From positions 16,640,001 through 16,704,000 of the forward strand of contig CP086569.2 in NCBI GenBank assembly GCA_009914755.4: a stretch of DNA of 64,000 nucleotides, read 5' to 3'. The translations under genes were made by a program, and so were the position numbers. Below, one piece after another: positions 24,795 through 39,619 of this stretch (positions are counted from its first letter, which is position 1; the number at the start of each line of letters is the position of its first letter). The stretch comes from the human T2T-CHM13v2.0 reference genome, Homo sapiens. Under the pieces are notes generated by a model. The model was not told where the DNA came from and did not search any database. It worked only from the letters and a program-made list of their open reading frames with translations.

Positions 24795-25760
24795 AATTAA
24801 AATGAAATATACATTAAAAAAATAAAAAACATATAAAAAGAGATAACTGATGTTGGCAAGGACGTGAAGAAAAGGAAACCCTTGTATGCCACTGGCAGGA
24901 ATGTAAATTAGCACAGACATTATGGAGAACAGTGTGGATATTTCTAAAAAATATTAAAAATAGAAATACTAATCTGACATTAGAGCAGTAATCCCACTTC
25001 TGGGTATACATCCAAAGGAAAGGAAATCAGATTCATATACAGACCTCTATATGGCAATGCCTTTTCAATAATACTCCCCAATTTAATAGAGTACAAAAGC
25101 ACATGTTCATTATGTTTTAAGTTTTGTTGCTACTACAATTGTTGCTAGAGAAGTGGGGTAAGAGATAGCTGCACTTCCATGTTCATTGCAATATTATTCA
25201 CAATAGCTTAGATGTGAAAACACAAGTGTCTATCAATGGATGAATAGACTTTTAAAATGTGGCATATACACACAATGCAATACTCTTCAACCTTAAAAAA
25301 AGAAGGGAATTCTGTCACTTGCAGCAATATGTATAATCCTAGAGGATATTCTGTTGAGTGGAATAAACCAGAAACAGGACAAATACTGCATGTTCTCATC
25401 TGTATGTGAACTCATTAAAGCAAGAGTAGAATTGTGGTTACCAGGGCCTGGAGATGAGGAGGAGTTGAAGAGATGCTGGTCAAATAATACAAAATTTCAG
25501 TTAGACAACAGGAACAAGTTCAAGAGATCTATTGTAGTCGGGCTGACTGTAGTTAATAACACTGTATTGTCTGCTGGAAAACTGCTAAATAGATTTTAGG
25601 TGTTCTCTTTATTTTAAAAAGTGATGTGTATGTGAGGTAATGGATATGTTAATTAGCTTGATTTAGCCATTCCACAATGTCTATACATATATTGAAACAT
25701 CATAATGGATACCATAAATTCATGCAATTTTTATTTGTTAATTTAAAGGAATAAGTAATG
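24795..25760 (+). mobile_element. Older primate/mammalian L1 (L1PB/L1MA-type) 3' end, ORF2 C-terminus plus 3'UTR, about 20% diverged, carrying a roughly 135-bp extra segment
   Basis: The element reads 'gatgttggcaaggacgtgaagaaaaggaaacccttgtatgccactggcaggaatgtaaattagcacag..attatggagaacagtgtggatatttctaaaaaatattaaaaatagaaatactaatctgacattagagcagtaatcccacttctgggtatacatccaaaggaa..gcacttccatgttcattgcaatattattcacaatagcttagatgtgaaaacacaagtgtctatcaatggatgaatag..gtggcatatacacacaatgcaatactcttcaaccttaaaaaaagaagggaattctgtcacttgcagcaatatg'. It ends with 'ggtaatggatatgttaattagcttgatttagccattccacaatgtctatacatatattgaaacatca..aatttttatttgttaat'. Confidence 0.8.
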
Positions 25761-27188
25761 GATAAGTAGAGGAAGTTCAGTTTGATGTTAAAAATCCAGA
25801 CCTGTAGCCTGGCTTTGTAGTATACTGGCCCAATTTGAGTGTGTTATTTGTTTCCTAACAGGCTAAACTGTGGTATTTACTATGTTCTCTAAATATCTAT
25901 ACTCACAAAATGGTTTTTCCCAATCTACATTGAAGGTCATGCCATATATTGAATGTCTCCTGCTGGACTCTGCAGGAAATTGAGTCTGGGAGGCAGATTT
26001 TTTCTTATTCTCTCAATTTCCAAGCCACTGTTTTTGGTGCCATAATTGCCAATGTTCACTTGTTTCCTATCTGTAAATCTCATCTTACCAAGAACTTCAG
26101 CTGAAGACCCAGGGGAGATCCTGAACTTTGGCTGTGTAGCACTCACAGTGCAGGGTTAGAAGAATGAGTGATATCCTTGCACCGTTCCAGCTAGCTGACT
26201 CATGGAGGCTAAGAGATGCTGTGAACATCTTCCCCAAGTCTGGAGACAGCTAGATGCACATAGGAAAGCAGAATCCCAGTGGGTTTTGTGAGGTTTCTTG
26301 ATGAAGTACCTTAGCACAGCCAACTTTTAGGAGCTGTGGTCCAAAGAAGTTTCGTTGAAACTCAGAACATGGATCACCTTTGCTTGGTTCATAGAATCAG
26401 AACAATTAATATTGCAGCCCAGATTAAGTTTTCAGCCCACTATTTTCTCAACAAATATGTGACACCTGAAGTTAGATGACACAGTTGCTGCTCCATGGAT
26501 CAAAGTAGATATGTATATCTACATATAGATAATATGTATTTGTGTGTGTGTTTTAAGCAACAATGCAGAGGCTTCAATCAATACTTCCTCATACAAAATG
26601 CAGGATCAAAGTGATATCATCATTCTACTTCATTTAATAGAATTGTGTAGTTAAATGGACAGTACACTGGGTCTCAATTAATCAAATGCATTTCTTAGCC
26701 AGGTGTTAATTTGAAAGTTACTAGGTGGCAGTTTTAGCACTTGTTCCATGTTTTCATGTGGTTCGCTGAATCCTGAAGGTCTTAATTTTCCATTGAGGAC
26801 ACAATGTGTTTGTTTTAACTTCCCTGAATGAAGCCGTTACCCATGACTCTGAGGCAAGGCTTAGAATGCACATCATTTATCTAAGAGGTGATTCTTCCCA
26901 AGGAGAACTTGGAGAGATGACACAAGGTAGGGAGAAAAGACAGTAAATCAGTAAATGTTATGTTTAAAAGCGGGCACCTTTGCAGAGGACAAGGGTCCAG
27001 TCTCTCAAGAGACTGTAGAACATGCCTCAAAGTTGACCAAAGTTGAGGGGCTGCAGAGCTGGGATATGCTATGCCAACTCCAGCCCTCATTGACTGAGGT
27101 TCAGTGGCAAACTGACTGCCTAGTGTTTCTAGTCCGTGCCTCCCGGAGTCAGAAAATGCCCATGAAGAATGATGACGTTATTAAGTAG

Positions 27189-27325
<137 letters not shown>

Positions 27326-30300
27326 CCAACATTATTAGGGGAGCTTATACAATCAGGTCATATCCTTCCAAACCTGGGCATATTTGGACCCAGGGTTTGA
27401 AATACTACATTATTTCTCCTAGTATGAAATGTTTGCTTCAAACCAGCTTGAGTTTCTTGTGTTACATCTTTTGATGGATAAAATTCCTTGCAGTCACTAA
27501 TTGTTCTTTCTGGTGCAAGTCTGGGTAAAATGGTTGGGTGAGAGCAGACCCTCAAATTGGCAGCAATTGGTGTGTGCACGTCCCCACAGCTGGATTCTTC
27601 CAACTTAGATGGGAATGCTTAATTTTTGCTCTAGTTTGTACAAAATCTATAATAGCTGTAAAGCTCAAACGGAAGTGATCTAAGTCTGATGTCTGATGTT
27701 CTTTTCTTTTATGGCTATATGAATTTATGACATATCTATATACATAAATGCATGCATAGGAGAGTTCTACCAAAGAACAGCAGTAAGAATCTCCATGTCT
27801 TTTCATTAAATTAAAAAAAAATGTGTTCAGTTCACCACCCCACTCCCTTGAATGTTTCTCCCTAGAAAAGTGACAATACATGGTAATTGTCTAATATGTA
27901 CAGGACTAAAGGCATTATGCAATGACACTTCCCTAACTCTAGAGCCAAAAAACTTTCAGCATCTCTGGACTGATCATTCTCCAGCTTTGCACTAAAGCGA
28001 TAAAAGGATTGCAGTCTCCATCAGATGTCACATCCTATATGTAACAAACAAAAGACTAAACTTCTCACAACACAAACCAACCTGAAAGACAAACCAAGAT
28101 GAATGCATGTAAGAAAAATCTGTGCACAAGCCTGTTTTTTCTTATCACCTGGATTATAGCATGTGACCTGTTTTGGGGCATTTTAATAATGGAACTTTTT
28201 CCCAAATTCCAGAGAAGAATTTTAATTTTGGAAATGCAAAAGAAATTTAGTAAAATTCAACAGTAGTAATGATTTCAAACTTTGAAACTTCATCAATATT
28301 TATGAAATTGGATTACAGTCATTTACAGATGATACAATCATCATTTGAAGCTACCATCTGTGAATTAATTTCAAAGATTAAAGGTATGTGATAGTCATGA
28401 TGTTTTGGTATTTAATTATGTCTTACGTGGGTCTAAATGCCAGAGTTATAATCACATTGCAAAATGAATCCTAAAATAATAAACTTGCATTTATTTTATA
28501 TCATATTCACACTTTAAGTTGTGAGTTAATTGAAAGTACGTGAAGTTAACATATTTGACAATTTGATATGTATGTTAAAATATAACTCTAAAATGCATTT
28601 TGCTGAAGCAATGTTGAACACATAATGTGGAGATTTTCAAAATCTTGATATTTAAATCAAAGTGCTCACCATGGCTTCTGAACACGGCAGAGTGAATGGT
28701 TAATGATTTTACTACACTTGGTATAATAACAAAACTGGATACAGTAGCTTATCAAATACATTTTAGCACAGCCCAAATAAATAAAAAGAGTATTTTCAAT
28801 GTTAATCACTTGTGTGTGAGAGAACAGAAGACATATTTGTTTCTGTAGGGCCAGCCACAATGTGTAGCATACACAGTGAATACTTAATACATGATTGTGA
28901 AGTGGAGAAAAAAGACTTACATGTATATTTAAACAGTGAATTTGATGATCAGAGGCAATTATTTGAAAAGCATTATACCAACCCTTTCAATCAAGATGTA
29001 AAATGATAATAATTATAGCCTTCTCTCTCTATTTCAAACATGGACCTGTCCTGTTATTCCATTATACATGTTGAGAATTGAGGAGAGATCACTGAATTTA
29101 GTCATCAGGCAGTTGTTGGTGACACTAGGAAGAGTTTCATGGGCTAGAAGAAGAAAGCAGATGTCTGAGGGTGGCAGAGTAAACATTAATTGGAGAGCTT
29201 TAGCATTTTGGGTCTGGTGGAATTCAACAACATTTGGGCAAAGATGGTTAAAAAACATTTTCAAAAAATATATAAAAACAATGTATTTTTTTATGAAATA
29301 AATAAGGAAGAATGACTATCTCATTAAGTAAACCTAAATAATATTTTAGTTTTATGAGAAAAGTCATCACCCTAATGAATCATTGAGCTGTCCCTTTGGC
29401 ATTATTGAATGCAAGTATAGGGATTCCCAAATCAATATGATGAGCTTTTCTGTGTTATCCCATATGGGATTTATCTTTCCCAAACCTGACTCTCAGTACA
29501 TAATAATCCTCATGCTCCCAACCCCAAACACAGACAAAGATATTTTTATAGTCTGAATACACAGAACAACACAGGAGGTAAATATTCAGAACATACACAG
29601 AATACACAGTTCTTCTGAATTGTCCAGAGCCCTACAACACTAGGGGCTGGATGCAGGTTTCTGAGGGCACCTGTTCACCTTAGACACTGGTCATGGTCTC
29701 TAGAATGAGGGTCAGAAATTGCATCTACCTGGCCCTGCTTCGTATATATATACATATATATATGTCTATGCCTCAAGCTTTTTGGATCACAGCCACATCC
29801 ATTGGTTTCAATGTTGTCTACATCTGTTCGTATACTTCAGAGGCAGGGCTCAGTAGGCAAATCTGAGACTATATGGCCCACAAAGCCAAAATATATTTAC
29901 TATCTGACCCTTTACAGAAATGGTTGCCGATGTCTGGTCCAGATTCTTGAATGTTTTAGATTAAGTGTTTTTGTTTGTTTGTTTCTAAAAAATAAGATAT
30001 ATCAGGTAAAGTTATCTCATTTTATTCTTTAATATTTTATAGTACAAATATTTGAAAATGCTCACTATTAAATGATTAGAATAAAGGTAATCTCACACCA
30101 CTAGGAATTCACTAGGAAGTTAAAATAAGTCACATGCATCTTCCAGAAATAGTCAAGGATATGAAGAAAGATTTGATTCTAAGGATATTTGTTGCAATAT
30201 TATTGATAATAAAAGATTAGAAACAACAGGATATTTAGGCTAACTGAAATATAGTTTGTTCCTTATACCCTCCTGTTCCTGTCACCAAGTCCCAGGTAAG

Positions 30301-30678
30301 AGAAAAGATTGTCCTGTTTGCCACTCTGTGGCAGGGGATAGGCCCTTTCTAAGTTCAAAATGGAGCCACTGAGACAAGGCTGAGATCATTAGCAGGAAGT
30401 GAATGAAGTTTTCAGTAATAATAGAGGGAATTTACATAATAGAAAACATCTTATAACTACTGACTGTGCTAACACTCACCTGTCCAAAGCCAAAGGCCCC
30501 TTGCTGGCCCAATGCCTTATCAATAACCTTGCCTGTATCCCAATAGCAAGAAGTTCCTCATCTTCCAACAACTGAAAATATTTCATGCAGTTGTTATTAC
30601 TTAGAGTCTGACAGACTGAACTCTTGTGCCAAAGAAAAATGTTTTCACTTACCTCATCTCAGACCATTTCCTTGAGTC

Positions 30679-31274
<596 letters not shown>

Positions 31275-31668
31275 GGTCACCCATATTGCTGGGGCAATTA
31301 GGGTGTAAATTGGCACAACTATTTGAACAACAATGTGTCTCTTGTAAAGTTGAATAGTCACAAACCAATGACTCCATAATACTTTACTCGTAAGAGGAAT
31401 ACACCTCACTTAAATGCTTGCACAGGTGCAATATGTAAAAGAATGTTTAAATCGGCATTGCTTATAATAGCTAAAACTTCGAAGAACTCAAATGTTTATC
31501 AACAGGAATAGGATAAATAAAATACATATGTATGGGGTGAAATATTTTACAGCAATGAAAATAAGTGAACTCTCCCTACATGAACAAGATAGATGACTGT
31601 AAAACTGACAAATGCAAAAAGAAAATCATAGAAGAGTACATGTTATATGATATTTTCACAAAACTCAC
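31275..31668 (+). mobile_element. Ancient L1 (L1M-type) 3'-region fragment of about 390 bp, lacking the L1 3' terminus and poly(A), sitting inside the Alu
   Basis: It aligns at roughly 70% identity to the L1M 3'-end segment 'gggaatgtaaaatggtacagccactttggaaaacagtttgg...acatatgtccacacaaagacttgtacacgaatgttcatagcagcattattcataatagccaaaaagtggaaacaacccaaatgtccatcaactgatgaatggataaacaaaatgtggtatatccatacaatggaatactattcagc...'. The window reads '..cttaaatgcttgcacaggtgcaatatgtaaaagaatgtttaaatcggcattgcttataatagctaaaacttcgaagaactcaaatgtttatcaacaggaataggataaataaaatacatatgtatggggtgaaatattttacagcaatgaaaataagtgaac'. Confidence 0.65.
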
Positions 31669-31723
31669 CTGCCTCGACTCCCCAGAGTGCTTGGATTACA
31701 GGCATGAGGCACTGCAACCAGCC
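31666..31723 (-). mobile_element. 5' end (first roughly 58 bp) of the interrupted older Alu
   Basis: 'cacctgcctcgactccccagagtgcttggattacaggcatgaggcactgcaaccagcc' matches RC Alu 'cgcccgcctcggcctcccaaagtgctgggattacaggcgtgagccaccgcgcccggcc'. It resumes at the same Alu coordinate where 31274 stops. Confidence 0.85.
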
Positions 31724-32589
31724 TCCCTTGAGTCTTAATTCATGGTTCAGGAGGAACCACTTCTCAGAATGATTGAGAATGGATATAACTATTGCCTTCA
31801 GGGTTAGCTCTACATCTTTGTAAAAGTATGTGGTCATGCTCAAAGCCAGTTGCAACATTCCATCTGTAGATAGCCCTTTCTCAATATCTGGACCATAAAG
31901 CTTTAGAAATGCTCTGCCTAAAATATCAACCCAGGTCTGGGTTGGGTGGTATTAAGTCCAGTGTAGTTATTTATCAAAGATTAAAATACATGGATGTTCA
32001 GTTTTATAGTGACCACCTTGCTTTAGAGACAAAAACACTCATAACAGAGTTGGATTTTAGGTTAAATTTTAAAAAAATGAATTAAACTTTAGAAAATCTG
32101 GTTTTAGGAGAAGTGATGTTGGGCAGAGTTATTGGTTACCTTTGTTGCTGCTGTTACCTAAAAGCTGATGATGACAGTCTCCATGTATTTTTCTCACTTC
32201 CACCCCTTAATGTGGTATCTGTCCTAAAGCTGGCATAGCTCAGAGGATATACAGCATTATCCCTTTTCTCTATTTACTCTTTGTCTCCTTGAAATATTGA
32301 GATTAACTCCCCTCTATGAAGAAATCTACTCAAAGCCATATGCAGTATTCCATCCATGCCCACAATACCTTTCTCCTGGAGGGCAGACACTTCTAGTGGT
32401 GTCATTCAAACTGGACAAATATTGGTTCAAGGTCAAGTGATGAGTGAAACAGGGTTTTGGAAGATTAGGTGGTATGGCTAAAATCAAGAGATAACTGCAG
32501 GTCATAATTTTTTAAAGGTAACTTGGTAAATTTTCAGTTATAAAATAATAAATGTTTAATGTAAGTAGTGTCTTTTTTTACCATATAGC

Positions 32590-32745
32590 TTTGGTGGTTC
32601 ATTCTCCTTCCCATGTCCCTTCCCCTTCTCTCCCTCTTCCTTCTCTTGTTCTTCCTCTTCGTCCTCCTTCCTCTTCCCATCTTTACTTGTCCTTCTTCTT
32701 CTTGTCCTTCTCTGTCCTCTTCTCTTCCTCCTCCTTCTTCTTCCT
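32590..32745. repeat. CT-rich low-complexity / (TCC)n-like simple repeat
   Basis: 'ccttcccatgtcccttccccttctctccctcttccttctcttgttcttcctcttcgtcctccttcctcttccc...'. Confidence 0.85.
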
Positions 32746-33777
32746 AATATTATTTTAATATTTTTAAAATCAAGTAGTAGTAGTCTCAGATTTTTGCCTT
32801 AGGCATTAAAGACAATAGAGATGTTGATAAATTGTAAAAATTTAAACAATTTATTACCAAAAAAGAATTTACCACCAAACGCAAATTATCAGCAAAAAAC
32901 CAACCTGCATAGAAAAGGGATTAAGATGATCATGGTCTGGCAGAAAGAAAGCTATAAAGAAACTTAAAGATCTTCAAATCCATGTAGAACTGTGCTCAGC
33001 TATATTTTTATCTCAGCTGAAAACAGTGTGTGTGGGCTGAGGGAAGGCAAGTGGCCTAAGACACCAACTAGCTGAAAGAGGAAGAAAAGTTTCTTTTGAT
33101 ACAGTTAGTTTTAATATTCTGAAATGGACTCCTGCTGAAGCTGATAGAACTGCCTTCCCTGAATATCTTTAAGAACAAGCTGACAATTTTCTGTGTCCTT
33201 GAAAGGGTTCTAAAAGTAAAATGCTGGAAAAATGAAAGTGAAATAGGAAATCTCCAAGGATTCAGAACTGCGATTCATTTCTGGAAATGTTTGAAGATCC
33301 TCAAATTAATTGTGCAGACTCATAAGTATTTTTGAAGTATGTGCTGTGCCCACTGTGCTGCTGGTTATGAATTGCACTAGACACCATGGAAAGAGGAAGG
33401 ATGAGTAACTATTAATACATCTCCTTGGACATTATAAAACAGGCAGGAGAGAGATTTATGTACATAAGAAGGCGTCATTTAAGGCAGAAGACATGGAGTA
33501 CCAAAGGAGAAGGGCCAATAAAAGTCAAGGGAAGCGGAAGTGTTTATATGAGATGCACTGGTGTAGTATCACATATAGTAGCAGACACAGGAATTACAGA
33601 TGACAACCCGGTGAACAATACAACAGTTAAATAAGCAAAAGCTGTGGGCTATCCTACAAGAGATTTTGTGGGATGTATAAGATCCACTCTGGAACAGGAG
33701 GACATTCTGAGGACATCTGATGGAAGCTGCTGTTTGCAGAAAACATTTATTATTTTAAAAATCACATTGGTAGTTTA

Positions 33778-34111
33778 TTAGTCTGTTTTCATGCTGCTAA
33801 TTTATACATACCTGAGACTGGGTAATTTATAAAGAAAGAGAGACTCACAGTTCCACATGGCTGAGAAGGCCTCACAATCATGGCACAAGGCGAAAGGTAC
33901 TTACATGGCAGCAGGGAAGAGAGAAAATGGGAGCCAAGCAAAATGTTCCCATCAAATTTCATGAGACTTATTCACCACCATAAGATTGGTATGGGAGAAA
34001 CCACCACTACGATTCAATTATCTCCAACCAAGTCCCTCCTACAATATGTGGGAGTTATGGGACCTACAATTCAAGATGAGATTTGGGTGGAGACACAGCC
34101 ACACCGTGTCA
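33778..34111 (-). mobile_element. MaLR solo LTR (THE1/MST family)
   Basis: The window reads 'ttagtctgttttcatgctgctaatttatacatacctgagactgggtaatttataaagaaagagagactcacagttccacatggctgagaaggcctcacaatcatggcacaaggcgaaag..acttacatggcagcaggg..gagagaaaatgggagccaagcaaaatgttcccatcaaatttcatgagacttattcaccaccataagattggtatgggagaaaccaccactacgattcaattatctccaaccaagtccctcctacaatatgtgggagttatgggacctacaattcaagatgagatttgggtggagacacagccacaccgtgtca'. This is the RC of the THE1 consensus, which starts 'tgatatggtttggctgtgtcc..' and ends '..agcagcatgaaaacagactaa'. Confidence 0.8.
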
Positions 34112-36111
34112 GACAGCATACAACTTCTTAAATCTTTTAAAATAAACTTTCAAATCATTTTGATAATTTTTAAAATAAATTTTCAAATAGTTTTTGATTT
34201 ACAGAAATATTGTGAATATATTACAGAGAGTTTCCATGTTCCCCACACTCAATCCCCCCTATTATTAACATCTTCCACTGGTACAGTAAATTTGTCACAC
34301 TTAGTAAACCAAGGTAGCTATGTTATTATTAACACAAGTCCAGTTTCTTCCATATTTCTGTATTTTTATCTAATTCCCCATTTAGAATACCACATTACAT
34401 TTAGCTTTTATGTCTCCTCGGCTGTGACAGTGTCTCCTTCTATTTATTTTTCATATTTTTGACAGTTTTGAGAAATACTGAGTATTTTGCAGAATGTCTG
34501 TTAATTTGAGTTTATCTGATGTTTTCATTATGATTCAACAATGGCTGTAGGTTTTGGAGAGGAAGACCATAAATGTACAATTCCATGTTGATCACATCTC
34601 ATCAAAGGTACATGCTGTCAATATGACTTATCATTGTGGAGGTTGACCTTAATCAGTCTCAGGTTTCTCCACTCTGAAGTTACTTTTCCCACCTTCTCCT
34701 ACTTTACTAAGTTACTAAGCACAGCTGACGCTTAATGTGTGGGAAGCAATTTTTCACCTTCCTGAGGATGGAGTTTCTACATCAATTACTGGAATTCTTC
34801 TGCACAGGAGATTTGCATTTCTCTCTCCACACATTTGCTTATTTATTCAATAATTTATTTATATCAGTACAGATTCACAACATATAACTTTGATACTCAA
34901 AACTTTATGTGAGCGTCTCTCCATTCTGATATCCAAAATAACTGTCACATGTCTTTTGGATACAAACCTTCAAAAAACTTTCCAAATATTATATCGGTAG
35001 ACTGTTTTGTCTATGGTGTTTATTTGGTGGATCGGTCACCTTAATAAGTTCATATGTGCATACGATGGAAACAATCCCATTCTACCCATGGAAGCATGTT
35101 TTATTAAGAGCGAATGCCTCACTCATTTTTCTGAAATTTTCAAGTTTCAGCTTCATAAGTTTCTAATTTGGTGAGAATGCCTTCTGGATGCTGCTAAGAA
35201 ATTTGGTAAATTGAGTTTCCAAAGGGGAACCTGAGTTCCTTCAAAGAATTGGGTTCTGATGAATGAACAGTAATAAAGCATTTGCATCAGTACTGTGTTC
35301 ATCTAAAATTATTAAAGCTTAAAATTGCACGTGGCCCTACAGATGGGATGTGGTTAAAATGGAGCATTTCCCTAGTATGTATCTGGTGAAACAAAAGGCT
35401 TTTGTTTGTAATTGTTAATGTGGAGGATGGGAAAGTTTCTCTTAGCAATTAAACCATTAGGAACATGAAAAACCCTCCCAAATCATCACATGTTTAAGCT
35501 GAATACTGAAAGAAGTCTCTAAGTGTGATGGCTTATTTTGTTACCCAAGGTATGCATTTTTAAAGGGCATCCTAGGGAAGAAATCTGTGTGATAGCATGA
35601 TATGCGGAGACAAATGGCCGCATTTCCAAATTTCTGTAACCCTATGTTTTTACATGAGACAGATCTCTCCTAACACCAATAGAAGCAAGGTATTTCATTT
35701 TAGTAAAACTCTCCAGCAAAAATGTATTTTTTAATATTGCAACTCTAAGTGTGTTCTCTGATACTTAGCACAGTGGTGTTTTTGTTATTAGACTATGTGG
35801 GAGACTCATTGCCCAGAGCTAGCTGAAAGACCTAAGGATAAACTAGTACACATAGCTCAGGAAGATTTACTATTCTTTACTTAGCCTGGAAAAAAAAAAC
35901 ATTTCTGTGGATTTCTTGAGGGTCATCCTTCTTCCCCTGAATGCTTTATTGAAAAAGCAATTTTGTGGACTCATATTTTGCATAAAGTGTCAGAAAGTGA
36001 TATGAGGGCCTTGCCTTCTGTTTTAGTAGTGTTCCATTGAAAATGTTCTCATTCTATACACAGATGCACAAAAATATGCTTTTTATATGTTTAAAAGTAA
36101 ATCTAATCTTA

Positions 36112-36250
36112 TTTTTTTTAGCATTGAGGTCTTGCTCTGTTATCCAGGCTGGAGTGCAGTGGCACGATCATGGCTTGCTGCAGCCTTGACCTTCTGGGCT
36201 CAAGTGATTCTCCCACTTTAGCCTCCTAAGTAGCCACCACACCCGGCTAA
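36112..36250 (-). mobile_element. Partial old Alu (right-arm portion plus T-tail), minus strand
   Basis: 'tttttttttagcattgaggtcttgctctgttatccaggctggagtgcagtggcacgatcatggcttgctgcagccttgaccttctgggctcaagtgattctcccactttagcctcctaagtagccaccacacccggcta'. Confidence 0.8.
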
Positions 36251-37148
36251 ACTTTCTCACTTCATTAGGAGTAAGGAATACCATAAATTTTCAACCCACC
36301 AATTCAGAGTATGACAATTTCTTCCATTTAGTCTCTTGAGTGACTTGACTCCTGGATCAATACTCAGTTATTCATTTTTTATTGCCATATACTTCTCACC
36401 CTGTTAATATCCATGTGTATAGGCAATATACAATGACCTTAGGATGCTAGGAAGAAAGGAGTCTTAAAATCCTGTGGGTGCTATGAATCCTTACTGTTCT
36501 ATACCACAGAGGGACCTGTAGAGTCTGGTTCCTGGACTGGCTTAGATCTTTCCAATCTATCCTGCTGGGGGAATGTGCCAGTATTCTATCCTGAAGCTCA
36601 CAGCCCCAGCCAAGTATCACTAGTTTCCAAATTTGCATATAGCAACTTTCCCTTCCATATTGATCTCCTAGTCATCATTCCTGTGTCTCCACATTCACAT
36701 ATACATCAAGTTTCCAGTCCACTATATGTCATAGAATAGCTCAAGTGAGCTATAATTCCCACCCTCCAACCCAGCAAGCCCTCAGATAGCATGTACCCAC
36801 TCCTCTCAAACTATGAGAGATCATAAGCCTTTGCAAGACTTGGTTTTCTCTTTGAGCCTTATCATCTCCCCAACAGAGATAAGAGACACAGGTGCTAATT
36901 TTTTTACAGCATCTTCATGCCATTCTAATGTTTATGTATCCCTAACCCATAGCAACTGGGGAAAATAAGGATCCTGCTCCGTAATCACCACACTGTCTCT
37001 CCATCTTCCCCCATTCTTGACTCAGTGTGCACCATGAGAGAAGTTACAGGCTTTCCACTTCATTTGTTCTCTGGCGTAGACTTCAGCCACATTCCATCTT
37101 CCTTCAAGATGGTGCCAGGAAGCCAATTCAGCCTTTGTAGAACTGTAG

Positions 37149-39039
<1,891 letters not shown>

Positions 39040-39490
39040 TGTCAGGCCTCTGAGCCATGCTAAGCCATCATATACCCTGTGACCTACACATATACATCCA
39101 GATGGCCTGAAGTAACTGAAGAATCACAAAAGAAGTGAAAATTTCCTGTTCCTGCCTTAACTGATGACATTCCACCACAAAAGAAGTGAAAATGGCCTGT
39201 TCCTGCCTTGACTGATGACATTACCTTGTGAAATTACTTCTCCTGGCTCATCCTGGCTCAAAAGCACCCCCACTGAGCACCTTGTGAACCCCACCCCTGC
39301 CTGTCAGAGAACAACCCCCTTTGACTGTAATTTTCCATTACCTACCCAAATACTATGAAACGGCCCCATCCCTATCTCCCTTCACTGACTGTCTTTCTGG
39401 ACTCAGCCCACCTGCACCCAGGTGAAATACACAGCCTTGTTGCTCACACAAAGCCTAGTTGGTGGTTTCTTTACATGGACACCAGTGAAA
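39040..39490 (+). mobile_element. LTR7-family 3' LTR of the HERV-H, with a roughly 50-bp internal tandem duplication (39131-39230)
   Basis: It starts 'tgtcaggcctctgagccatgctaagccatcatataccctgtgacctacacatatacatccagatggcctgaagtaactgaagaatcacaaaagaagtgaaaat'. It continues '..ctcagcccacctgcacccaggtgaaatacacagccttgttgctcacacaaagcctagttggtggtttctttacatggacacc', which is the LTR7 3' terminus. The duplicated unit is 'acaaaagaagtgaaaat[tt/gg]cctgttcctgcctt[a/g]actgatgacatt'. Confidence 0.85.
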
Positions 39491-39619
39491 GTTAGGAAAA
39501 TGGGTTATTCATTCTTTCATTCATTTGTACAAATGTCAGGTCTGGCTATGCTTAGCTACTCAGGGGATATCAGAGGCAACTGGGTCCTCTAGGGATTTTT
39601 AGCAATATCTGGACATTTT

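Noticed and set aside
33986-34462. 158-aa ORF
   Set aside because: It spans the end of the antisense MaLR LTR and an AT-rich tandem duplication ('FKINFQIILIIFKINFQIVFDLQ'). This is repeat-derived noise.
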